Shown here: in pieces, positions 34,301-46,300 of the stretch
Layout: each line of letters starts with the position of its first letter
How positions within the stretch are numbered: position 1 is the first letter of the stretch
From: Nemertoderma westbladi
Taxonomy: Eukaryota; Animalia; Xenacoelomorpha
DNA: 64,000 nt
NCBI GenBank assembly: GCA_032718475.1
Contig: JAUCBJ010006528.1
Coordinates: 1-64,000, forward strand
Direction of reading: 5' to 3'
Notes under the pieces: model-generated
Seen by the model: only the letters and a program-made list of their open reading frames with translations
The model's database searches: none
Told to the model about the DNA's origin: nothing
Program-made: the position numbers and the translations under genes

Positions 34301-37300
34301 CAGTGTAAAGTATCTGTGTGAGTGCAAATAAAGCCTCGAAGTGGGGGCAGTGTAAAGTATCTGTGTGAGTGCAAATAAAGCCTCGAAGTGGGGGCAGTGT
34401 AAAGTATCTGTGTGAGTGCAAATAAAGCCTCGAAGTGGGGGCAGTGTAAAGTATCTGTGTGAGTGTAAATAAAGCCTCAAAGTGGGGGCAGTGTAAAGTA
34501 TCTGTGTGAGTGTAAATAAAGCCTCGAAGTGGGGAAAGGGAAAGTATCTGTGTGAGTGTAAATAAAGCCTCGAAGTGGGGAAAGGGAAAGTATCTGTGTG
34601 AGTGTAAATAAAGCCACGAAGTGGGGGCAGTGTAAAGTATCTGTGTGAGTGGAAATAAAGCCTCGAAGTGGGGGCAGTGTAAAGTATCTGTGTGAGTGGA
34701 AATAAAGCCTCGAAGTGGGGGCAGTGTAAAGTATCTGTGTGAGTGCAAATAAAGCCTCGAAGTGGGGGCAGTGTAAAGTATCTGTGTGAGTGTAAATAAA
34801 GCCTCGAAGTGGGGAAAGGGAAAGTATCTGTGTGAGTGTAAATAAAGCCACGAAGTGGGGGCAGTGTAAAGTATCTGTGTGAGTGTAAATAAAGCCTCGA
34901 AGTGGGGGCAGTGTAAAGTATCTGTGTGAGTGGAAATAAAGCCTCGAAGTGGGTTCAGTGTAAAGTATCTGTGTGAGTGTAAATAAACCCTCGAAGTGGG
35001 TTCAGTGTAAAGTATCTGTGTGAGTGTAAATAAAGCGTTGCCGTGAGTACAGTGTAAAGTATCTGTGTGAGTGTAAATAAAGCCTCGAAGTGGGGAAAGG
35101 GAAAGTATCTGTGTGAGTGTAAATAAAGCCTCGAAGTGGGGGCAGTGTAAAGTATCTGTGTGAGTGTAAATAAAGCCTCGAAGTGGGGAAAGGGAAAGTA
35201 TCTGTGTGAGTGTAAATAAAGCCTCGAAGTGGGGAAAGGGAAAGTATCTGTGTGAGTGTAAATAAAGCCTCGAAGTGGGGAAAGGGAAAGTATCTGTGTG
35301 AGTGTAAATAAAGCCTCGAAGTGGGGAAAGGGAAAGTATCTGTGTGAGTGTAAATAAAGCCTCGAAGTGGGGGCAGTGTAAAGTATCTGTGTGAGTGCAA
35401 ATAAAGCCTCGAAGTGGGTTCAGTGTAAAGTATCTGTGTGAGTGTAAATAAAGCCACGAAGTGGGGGCAGTGTAAAGTATCTGTGTGAGTGCAAATAAAG
35501 CCTCGAAGTGGGTTCAGTGTAAAGTATCTGTGTGAGTGTAAATAAAGCCACGAAGTGGGGGCAGTGTAAAGTATCTGTGTGAGTGTAAATAAAGCCTCGA
35601 AGTGGGGGCAGTGTAAAGTATCTGTGTGAGTGCAAATAAAGCCTCGAAGTGGGTTCAGTGTAAAGTATCTGTGTGAGTGTAAATAAAGCCACGAAGTGGG
35701 GGCAGTGTAAAGTATCTGTGTGAGTGTAAATAAAGCCTCGAAGTGGGTTCAGTGTAAAGTATCTGTGTGAGTGTAAATAAAGCCTCGAAGTGGGTTCAGT
35801 GTAAAGTATCTGTGTGAGTGTAAATAAAGTCTCGAAGTGGGTTCAGTGTAAAGTATCTGTGTGAGTGCAAATAAAGCCTCGAAGTGGGGAAAGGGAAAGT
35901 ATCTGTGTGAGTGTAAATAAAGCCTCGAAGTGGGGAAAGGGAAAGTATCTGTGTGAGTGTAAATAAAGCCACGAAGTGGGGGCAGTGTAAAGTATCTGTG
36001 TGAGTGCAAATAAAGCCTCGAAGTGGGTTCAGTGTAAAGTATCTGTGTGAGTGTAAATAAAGCCACGAAGTGGGGGCAGTGTAAAGTATCTGTGTGAGTG
36101 TAAATAAAGCCTCGAAGTGGGTTCAGTGTAAAGTATCTGTGTGAGTGTAAATAAAGCCACGAAGTGGGGGCAGTGTAAAGTATCTGTGTGAGTGTAAATA
36201 AAGCCTCGAAGTGGGTTCAGTGTAAAGTATCTGTGTGAGTGTAAATAAAGCCACGAAGTGGGGGCAGTGTAAAGTATCTGTGTGAGTGCAAATAAAGCCT
36301 CGAAGTGGGTTCAGTGTAAAGTATCTGTGTGAGTGTAAATAAAGCCACGAAGTGGGGGCAGTGTAAAGTATCTGTGTGAGTGTAAATAAAGCCTCGAAGT
36401 GGGTTCAGTGTAAAGTATCTGTGTGAGTGTAAATAAAGCCTCGAAGTGGGTTCAGTGTAAAGTATCTGTGTGAGTGTAAATAAAGTCTCGAAGTGGGTTC
36501 AGTGTAAAGTATCTGTGTGAGTGCAAATAAAGCCTCGAAGTGGGGGCAGTGTAAAGTATCTGTGTGAGTGTAAATAAAGCCTCGAAGTGGGTTCAGTGTA
36601 AAGTATCTGTGTGAGTGTAAATAAAGCCTCGAAGTGGGTTCAGTGTAAAGTATCTGTGTGAGTGTAAATAAAGTCTCGAAGTGGGTTCAGTGTAAAGTAT
36701 CTGTGTGAGTGCAAATAAAGCCTCGAAGTGGGGGCAGTGTAAAGTATCTGTGTGAGTGTAAATAAAGCCTCGAAGTGGGTTCAGTGTAAAGTATCTGTGT
36801 GAGTGTAAATAAAGCCACGAAGTGGGGGCAGTGTAAAGTATCTGTGTGAGTGTAAATAAAGCCTCGAAGTGGGTTCAGTGTAAAGTATCTGTGTGAGTGT
36901 AAATAAAGTCTCGAAGTGGGTTCAGTGTAAAGTATCTGTGTGAGTGTAAATAAAGCCTCGAAGTGGGTTCAGTGTAAAGTATCTGTGTGAGTGTAAATAA
37001 AGCCTCGAAGTGGGGCAGTGTAAAGTATCTGTGTGAGTGCAAATAAAGCCTCGAAGTGGGGAAAGGGAAAGTATCTGTGTGAGTGTAAATAAAGCCTCGA
37101 AGTGGGGAAAGGGAAAGTATCTGTGTGAGTGTAAATAAAGCCACGAAGTGGGGGCAGTGTAAAGTATCTGTGTGAGTGCAAATAAAGCCTCGAAGTGGGT
37201 TCAGTGTAAAGTATCTGTGTGAGTGTAAATAAAGCCTCGAAGTGGGGGCAGTGTAAAGTATCTGTGTGAGTGTAAATAAAGCCTCGAAGTGGGTTCAGTG

Positions 37301-40300
37301 TAAAGTATCTGTGTGAGTGCAAATAAAGCCTCGAAGTGGGTTCAGTGTAAAGTATCTGTGTGAGTGTAAATAAAGCCTCGATCGAAGGGGGTTCGTGTAA
37401 AGTATCTGTGTGAGTGTAAATAAAGCCTCGAAGTGGGTTCAGTGTAAAGTATCTGTGTGAGTGTAAATAAAGTCTCGAAGTGGGTTCAGTGTAAAGTATC
37501 TGTGTGAGTGCAAATAAAGCCTCGATCGAAGGGGGTTCGTGTAAAGTATCTGTGTGAGTGTAAATAAAGCCTCGAAGTGGGTTCAGTGTAAAGTATCTGT
37601 GTGAGTGTAAATAAAGTCTCGAAGTGGGTTCAGTGTAAAGTATCTGTGTGAGTGCAAATAAAGCCTCGAAGTGGGGAAATGGAAAGTATCTGTGTGAGTG
37701 CAAATAAAGCCTCGAAGTGGGGGCAGTGTAAAGTGTCTGTGTGAGTGTAAATAAAGTCTCGAAGTGGGGGCAGTGTAAAGTATCTGTGTGAGTGCAAATA
37801 AAGCCTCGAAGTGGGGAAATGGAAAGTATCTGTGTGAGTGCAAATAAAGCCTCGAAGTGGGGGCAGTGTAAAGTGTCTGTGTGAGTGTAAATAAAGTCTC
37901 GAAGTGGGGGCAGTGTAAAGTATCTGTGTTAGTGCAAATAAAGCCTCGAAATGGGTTCAGTGTAAAGTATCTGTGTGAGTGTAAATAAAGTCTCGAAGTG
38001 GGTTCAGTGTAAAGTATCTGTGTGAGTGCAAATAAAGCCTCGAAGTGGGGAAAGGGAAAGTATCTGTGTGAGTGTAAATAAAGCCTCGAAGTGGGGAAAG
38101 GGAAAGTATCTGTGTGAGTGTAAATAAAGTCTCGAAGTGGGGGCAGTGTAAAGTATCTGTGTGAGTGCAAATAAAGCCTCGAAGTGGGGAAAGGGAAAGT
38201 ATCTGTGTGAGTGTAAATAAAGCCTCGAAGTGGGGAAAGGGAAAGTATCTGTGTGAGTGTAAATAAAGCCACGAAGTGGGGGCAGTGTAAAGTATCTGTG
38301 TGAGTGGAAATAAAGCCTCGAAGTGGGGGCAGTGTAAAGTATCTGTGTGAGTGGAAATAAAGCCTCGAAGTGGGGGCAGTGTAAAGTATCTGTGTGAGTG
38401 CAAATAAAGCCTCGAAGTGGGGGCAGTGTAAAGTATCTGTGTGAGTGTAAATAAAGCCTCGAAGTGGGGAAAGGGAAAGTATCTGTGTGAGTGTAAATAA
38501 AGCCACGAAGTGGGGGCAGTGTAAAGTATCTGTGTGAGTGTAAATAAAGCCTCGAAGTGGGGGCAGTGTAAAGTATCTGTGTGAGTGCAAATAAAGCCTC
38601 GAAGTGGGTTCAGTGTAAAGTATCTGTGTGAGTGTAAATAAAGCCACGAAGTGGGGGCAGTGTAAAGTATCTGTGTGAGTGTAAATAAAGCCTCGAAGTG
38701 GGTTCAGTGTAAAGTATCTGTGTGAGTGTAAATAAAGCCTCGAAGTGGGTTCAGTGTAAAGTATCTGTGTGAGTGTAAATAAAGTCTCGAAGTGGGTTCA
38801 GTGTAAAGTATCTGTGTGAGTGCAAATAAAGCCTCGAAGTGGGGAAAGGGAAAGTATCTGTGTGAGTGTAAATAAAGCCTCGAAGTGGGGAAAGGGAAAG
38901 TATCTGTGTGAGTGTAAATAAAGTCTCGAAGTGGGGGCAGTGTAAAGTATCTGTGTGAGTGCAAATAAAGCCTCGAAGTGGGGAAAGGGAAAGTATCTGT
39001 GTGAGTGTAAATAAAGCCTCGAAGTGGGGAAAGGGAAAGTATCTGTGTGAGTGTAAATAAAGCCACGAAGTGGGGGCAGTGTAAAGTATCTGTGTGAGTG
39101 GAAATAAAGCCTCGAAGTGGGGGCAGTGTAAAGTATCTGTGTGAGTGGAAATAAAGCCTCGAAGTGGGGGCAGTGTAAAGTATCTGTGTGAGTGCAAATA
39201 AAGCCTCGAAGTGGGGGCAGTGTAAAGTATCTGTGTGAGTGTAAATAAAGCCTCGAAGTGGGGAAAGGGAAAGTATCTGTGTGAGTGTAAATAAAGCCAC
39301 GAAGTGGGGGCAGTGTAAAGTATCTGTGTGAGTGTAAATAAAGCCACGAAGTGGGGGCAGTGTAAAGTATCTGTGTGAGTGCAAATAAAGCCACGAAGTG
39401 GGGGCAGTGTAAAGTATCTGTGTGAGTGTAAATAAAGCCACGAAGTGGGGGCAGTGTAAAGTATCTGTGTGAGTGTAAATAAAGCCTCGAAGTGGGTTCA
39501 GTGTAAAGTATCTGTGTGAGTGTAAATAAAGCCTCGAAGTGGGTTCAGTGTAAAGTATCTGTGTGAGTGTAAATAAAGTCTCGAAGTGGGTTCAGTGTAA
39601 AGTATCTGTGTGAGTGTAAATAAAGCCACGAAGTGGGGGCAGTGTAAAGTATCTGTGTGAGTGTAAATAAAGCCTCGAAGTGGGTTCAGTGTAAAGTATC
39701 TGTGTGAGTGTAAATAAAGCCTCGAAGTGGGTTCAGTGTAAAGTATCTGTGTGAGTGTAAATAAAGTCTCGAAGTGGGTTCAGTGTAAAGTATCTGTGTG
39801 AGTGTAAATAAAGCCTCGAAGTGGGGGCAGTGTAAAGTATCTGTGTGAGTGCAAATAAAGCCTCGAAGTGGGGGCAGTGTAAAGTATCTGTGTGAGTGTA
39901 AATAAAGCCTCGAAGTGGGGGCAGTGTAAAGTATCTGTGTGAGTGCAAATAAAGCCTCGAAGTGGGTTCAGTGTAAAGTATCTGTGTGAGTGTAAATAAA
40001 GCCACGAAGTGGGGGCAGTGTAAAGTATCTGTGTGAGTGTAAATAAAGCCTCGAAGTGGGTTCAGTGTAAAGTATCTGTGTGAGTGTAAATAAAGCCACG
40101 AAGTGGGGGCAGTGTAAAGTATCTGTGTGAGTGCAAATAAAGCCTCGAAGTGGGGCAGTGTAAAGTATCTGTGTGAGTGTAAATAAAGCCACGAAGTGGG
40201 GGCAGTGTAAAGTATCTGTGTGAGTGTAAATAAAGCCTCGAAGTGGGGGCAGTGTAAAGTATCTGTGTGAGTGCAAATAAAGCCTCGAAGTGGGTTCAGT

Positions 40301-43300
40301 GTAAAGTATCTGTGTGAGTGTAAATAAAGCCACGAAGTGGGGGCAGTGTAAAGTATCTGTGTGAGTGTAAATAAAGCCTCGAAGTGGGTTCAGTGTAAAG
40401 TATCTGTGTGAGTGTAAATAAAGCCTCGAAGTGGGTTCAGTGTAAAGTATCTGTGTGAGTGTAAATAAAGTCTCGAAGTGGGTTCAGTGTAAAGTATCTG
40501 TGTGAGTGTAAATAAAGCCTCGAAGTGGGGAAAGGGAAAGTATCTGTGTGAGTGTAAATAAAGCCTCGAAGTGGGGGCAGTGTAAAGTATCTGTGTGAGT
40601 GTAAATAAAGCCTCGAAGTGGGGGCAGTGTAAAGTATCTGTGTGAGTGTAAATAAAGCCACGAAGTGGGGGCAGTGTAAAGTATCTGTGTGAGTGTAAAT
40701 AAAGCCTCGAAGTGGGTTCAGTGTAAAGTATCTGTGTGAGTGTAAATAAAGCCTCGAAGTGGGTTCAGTGTAAAGTATCTGTGTGAGTGTAAATAAAGCC
40801 TCGAAGTGGGTTCAGTGTAAAGTATCTGTGTGAGTGTAAATAAAGTCTCGAAGTGGGTTCAGTGTAAAGTATCTGTGTGAGTGTAAATAAAGCCACGAAG
40901 TGGGGGCAGTGTAAAGTATCTGTGTGAGTGTAAATAAAGCCTCGAAGTGGGGGCAGTGTAAAGTATCTGTGTGAGTGTAAATAAAGCCTCGAAGTGGGGA
41001 AAGGGAAAGTATCTGTGTGAGTGTAAATAAAGCCTCGAAGTGGGGGCAGTGTAAAGTATCTGTGTGAGTGTAAATAAAGCCTCGAAGTGGGGGCAGTGTA
41101 AAGTATCTGTGTGAGTGTAAATAAAGCCTCGAAGTGGGGGCAGTGTAAAGTATCTGTGTGAGTGCAAATAAAGCCTCGAATTGGGGCAGTGTAAAGTATC
41201 TGTGTGAGTGGAAATAAAGCCTCGAAGTGGGTTCAGTGTAAAGTATCTGTGTGAGTGTAAATAAAGCCTCGAAGTGGGGGCAGTGTAAAGTATCTGTGTG
41301 AGTGTAAATAAAGCCTCGAAGTGGGGAAAGGGAAAGTATCTGTGTGAGTGTAAATAAAGCCTCGAAGTGGGGGCAGTGTAAAGTATCTGTGTGAGTGTAA
41401 ATAAAGCCTCGAAGTGGGGGCAGTGTAAAGTATCTGTGTGAGTGTAAATAAAGCCTCGAAGTGGGGGCAGTGTAAAGTATCTGTGTGAGTGTAAATAAAG
41501 CCTCGAAGTGGGGAAAGGGAAAGTATCTGTGTGAGTGTAAATAAAGCCTCGAAGTGGGGGCAGTGTAAAGTATCTGTGTGAGTGTAAATAAAGCCTCGAA
41601 GTGGGTTCAGTGTAAAGTATCTGTGTGAGTGTAAATAAAGCCTAGAAGTGGGGAAAGGGAAAGTATCTGTGTGAGTGTAAATAAAGCCTCGAAGTGGGTT
41701 CAGTGTAAAGTATCTGTGTGAGTGTAAATAAAGCCTCGAAGTGGGGAAAGGGAAAGTATCTGTGTGAGTGTAAATAAAGCCTCGAAGTGGGGGCAGTGTA
41801 AAGTATCTGTGTGAGTGTAAATAAAGCCTCGAAGTGGGTTCAGTGTAAAGTATCTGTGTGAGTGTAAATAAAGCCTCGAAGTGGGGAAAGGGAAAGTATC
41901 TGTGTGAGTGTAAATAAAGCCTCGAAGTGGGGGCAGTGTAAAGTATCTGTGTGAGTGTAAATAAAGCCTCGAAGTGGGGGCAGTGTAAAGTATCTGTGTG
42001 AGTGCAAATAAAGCCTCGAAGTGGGGGCAGTGTAAAGTATCTGTGTGAGTGCAAATAAAGCCTCGAATTGGGGCAGTGTAAAGTATCTGTGTGAGTGGAA
42101 ATAAAGCCTCGAAGTGGGTTCAGTGTAAAGTATCTGTGTGAGTGTAAATAAAGCCTCGAAGTGGGGGCAGTGTAAAGTATCTGTGTGAGTGTAAATAAAG
42201 CCTCGAAGTGGGGGCAGTGTAAAGTATCTGTGTGAGTGTAAATAAAGCCTCGAAGTGGGGGCAGTGTAAAGTATCTGTGTGAGTGGAAATAAAGCCTCGA
42301 AGTGGGGGCAGTGTAAAGTATCTGTGTGAGTGCAAATAAAGCGTTGCCGTGAGTACAGTGTAAAGTATCTGTGTGAGTGCAAATAAAGCCTCGAAGTGGG
42401 GGCAGTGTAAAGTATCTGTGTGAGTGGAAATAAAGCCTAGAAGTGGGTTCAGTGTAAAGTATCTGTGTGAGTGTAAATAAAGCCTCGAAGTGGGGGCAGT
42501 GTAAAGTATCTGTGTGAGTGTAAATAAAGCCTCGAAGTGGGGGCAGTGTAAAGTATCTGTGTGAGTGTAAATAAAGCCTCGAAGTGGGGGCAGTGTAAAG
42601 TATCTGTGTGAGTGCAAATAAAGCCTCGAAGTGGGGGCAGTGTAAAGTATCTGTGTGAGTGTAAATAAAGCCTCGAAGTGGGGGCAGTGTAAAGTATCTG
42701 TGTGAGTGGAAATAAAGCCTCGAAGTGGGGGCAGTGTAAAGTATCTGTGTGAGTGCAAATAAAGCGTTGCCGTGAGTACAGTGTAAAGTATCTGTGTGAG
42801 TGCAAATAAAGCCTCGAAGTGGGGGCAGTGTAAAGTATCTGTGTGAGTGGAAATAAAGCCTCGAAGTGGGTTCAGTGTAAAGTATCTGTGTGAGTGTAAA
42901 TAAAGCCTCGAAGTGGGGGCAGTGTAAAGTATCTGTGTGAGTGTAAATAAAGCCTCGAAGTGGGGGCAGTGTAAAGTATCTGTGTGAGTGTAAATAAAGC
43001 CTCGAAGTGGGGGCAGTGTAAAGTATCTGTGTGAGTGCAAATAAAGCCTCGAAGTGGGGGCAGTGTAAAGTATCTGTGTGAGTGTAAATAAAGCCTCGAA
43101 GTGGGGGCAGTGTAAAGTATCTGTGTGAGTGCAAATAAAGCCTCGAAGTGGGGGCAGTGTAAAGTATCTGTGTGAGTGTAAATAAAGCCTCGAAGTGGGG
43201 GCAGTGTAAAGTATCTGTGTGAGTGTAAATAAAGCCTCGAAGTGGGGGCAGTGTAAAGTATCTGTGTGAGTGTAAATAAAGCCTCGAAGTGGGGGCAGTG

Positions 43301-46300
43301 TAAAGTATCTGTGTGAGTGCAAATAAAGCCTCGAAGTGGGGGCAGTGTAAAGTGTCTGTGTGAGTGTAAATAAAGTCTCGAAGTGGGGGCAGTGTAAAGT
43401 ATCTGTGTTAGTGCAAATAAAGCCTCGAAATGGGGGCAGTGTAAAGTATCTGTGTGAGTGCAAATAAAGCCTCGAAGTGGGGAAATGGAAAGTATCTGTG
43501 TGAGTGCAAATAAAGCCTCGAAGTGGGGGCAGTGTAAAGTGTCTGTGTGAGTGTAAATAAAGTCTCGAAGTGGGGGCAGTGTAAAGTATCTGTGTTAGTG
43601 CAAATAAAGCCTCGAAATGGGTTCAGTGTAAAGTATCTGTGTGAGTGCAAATAAAGCGTTGCCGTGAGTACAGTGTAAAGTATCTGTGTGAGTGTAAATA
43701 AAGCCTCGAAGTGGGTTCAGTGTAAAGTGTCTGTGTGAGTGCAAATAAAGCCTCGAAGTGGGGGCAGTGTAAAGTATCTGTGTGAGTGCAAATAAAGCCT
43801 CGAAGTGGGGGCAGTGTAAAGTATCTGTGTGAGTGCAAATAAAGCCTCGAAGGGGGTTCGTGTAAAGTATCTGTGTGAGTGTAAATAAATCCTCGAAGTG
43901 GGGGCAGTGTAAAGTATCTGTGTGAGTGCAAATAAAGCCTCGAAGTGGGGGCAGTGTAAAGTATCTGTGTGAGTGTAAATAAAGCCTCGAAGTGGGGGCA
44001 GTGTAAAGTATCTGTGTGAGTGCAAATAAAGCCTCGAAGTGGGGGCAGTGTAAAGTATCTGTGTGAGTGCAAATAAAGTCTCGAAGTGGGGGCAGTGTAA
44101 AGTATCTGTGTGAGTGCAAATAAATCCTCGAAGTGGGGGCAGTGTAAAGTATCTGTGTGAGTGCAAATAAAGCCTCGAAGTGGGGGCAGTGTAAAGTATC
44201 TGTGTGAGTGTAAATAAAGCCTCGAAGTGGGGGCAGTGTAAAGTATCTGTGTGAGTGTAAATAAAGCCTCGAAGTGGGGGCAGTGTAAAGTATCTGTGTG
44301 AGTGGAAATAAAGCCTCGAAGTGGGGGCAGTGTAAAGTATCTGTGTGAGTGCAAATAAAGCGTTGCCGTGAGTACAGTGTAAAGTATCTGTGTGAGTGCA
44401 AATAAAGCCTCGAAGTGGGGGCAGTGTAAAGTATCTGTGTGAGTGGAAATAAAGCCTCGAAGTGGGTTCAGTGTAAAGTATCTGTGTGAGTGTAAATAAA
44501 GCCTCGAAGTGGGGGCAGTGTAAAGTATCTGTGTGAGTGTAAATAAAGCCTCGAAGTGGGGGCAGTGTAAAGTATCTGTGTGAGTGTAAATAAAGCCTCG
44601 AAGTGGGGGCAGTGTAAAGTATCTGTGTGAGTGCAAATAAAGCCTCGAAGTGGGGGCAGTGTAAAGTATCTGTGTGAGTGTAAATAAAGCCTCGAAGTGG
44701 GGGCAGTGTAAAGTATCTGTGTGAGTGGAAATAAAGCCTCGAAGTGGGTTCAGTGTAAAGTATCTGTGTGAGTGGAAATAAAGCCTCGAAGTGGGGGCAG
44801 TGTAAAGTATCTGTGTGAGTGCAAATAAAGCGTTGCCGTGAGTACAGTGTAAAGTATCTGTGTGAGTGCAAATAAAGCCTCGAAGTGGGGGCAGTGTAAA
44901 GTATCTGTGTGAGTGGAAATAAAGCCTCGAAGTGGGTTCAGTGTAAAGTATCTGTGTGAGTGTAAATAAAGCCTCGAAGTGGGGGCAGTGTAAAGTATCT
45001 GTGTGAGTGTAAATAAAGCCTCGAAGTGGGGGCAGTGTAAAGTATCTGTGTGAGTGTAAATAAAGCCTCGAAGTGGGGGCAGTGTAAAGTATCTGTGTGA
45101 GTGCAAATAAAGCCTCGAAGTGGGGGCAGTGTAAAGTATCTGTGTGAGTGTAAATAAAGCCTCGAAGTGGGGGCAGTGTAAAGTATCTGTGTGAGTGCAA
45201 ATAAAGCCTCGAAGTGGGGGCAGTGTAAAGTATCTGTGTGAGTGTAAATAAAGCCTCGAAGTGGGGGCAGTGTAAAGTATCTGTGTGAGTGTAAATAAAG
45301 CCTCGAAGTGGGGGCAGTGTAAAGTATCTGTGTGAGTGTAAATAAAGCCTCGAAGTGGGGGCAGTGTAAAGTATCTGTGTGAGTGCAAATAAAGCCTCGA
45401 AGTGGGGGCAGTGTAAAGTGTCTGTGTGAGTGTAAATAAAGTCTCGAAGTGGGGGCAGTGTAAAGTATCTGTGTTAGTGCAGATAAAGCCTCGAAATGGG
45501 GGCAGTGTAAAGTATCTGTGTGAGTGCAAATAAAGCCTCGAAGTGGGGAAATGGAAAGTATCTGTGTGAGTGCAAATAAAGCCTCGAAGTGGGGGCAGTG
45601 TAAAGTGTCTGTGTGAGTGTAAATAAAGTCTCGAAGTGGGGGCAGTGTAAAGTATCTGTGTTAGTGCAAATAAAGCCTCGAAATGGGTTCAGTGTAAAGT
45701 ATCTGTGTGAGTGCAAATAAAGCGTTGCCGTGAGTACAGTGTAAAGTATCTGTGTGAGTGTAAATAAAGCCTCGAAGTGGGTTCAGTGTAAAGTGTCTGT
45801 GTGAGTGCAAATAAAGCCTCGAAGTGGGGGCAGTGTAAAGTATCTGTGTGAGTGCAAATAAAGCCTCGAAGTGGGGGCAGTGTAAAGTATCTGTGTGAGT
45901 GCAAATAAAGCCTCGAAGGGGGTTCGTGTAAAGTATCTGTGTGAGTGTAAATAAATCCTCGAAGTGGGGGCAGTGTAAAGTATCTGTGTGAGTGCAAATA
46001 AAGCCTCGAAGTGGGGGCAGTGTAAAGTATCTGTGTGAGTGCAAATAAAGCCTCGAAGTGGGGGCAGTGTAAAGTATCTGTGTGAGTGTAAATAAAGCCT
46101 CGAAGTGGGGGCAGTGTAAAGTATCTGTGTGAGTGCAAATAAAGCCTCGAAGTGGGGGCAGTGTAAAGTATCTGTGTGAGTGCAAATAAAGTCTCGAAGT
46201 GGGGGCAGTGTAAAGTATCTGTGTGAGTGCAAATAAATCCTCGAAGTGGGGGCAGTGTAAAGTATCTGTGTGAGTGCAAATAAAGCCTCGAAGTGGGGGC

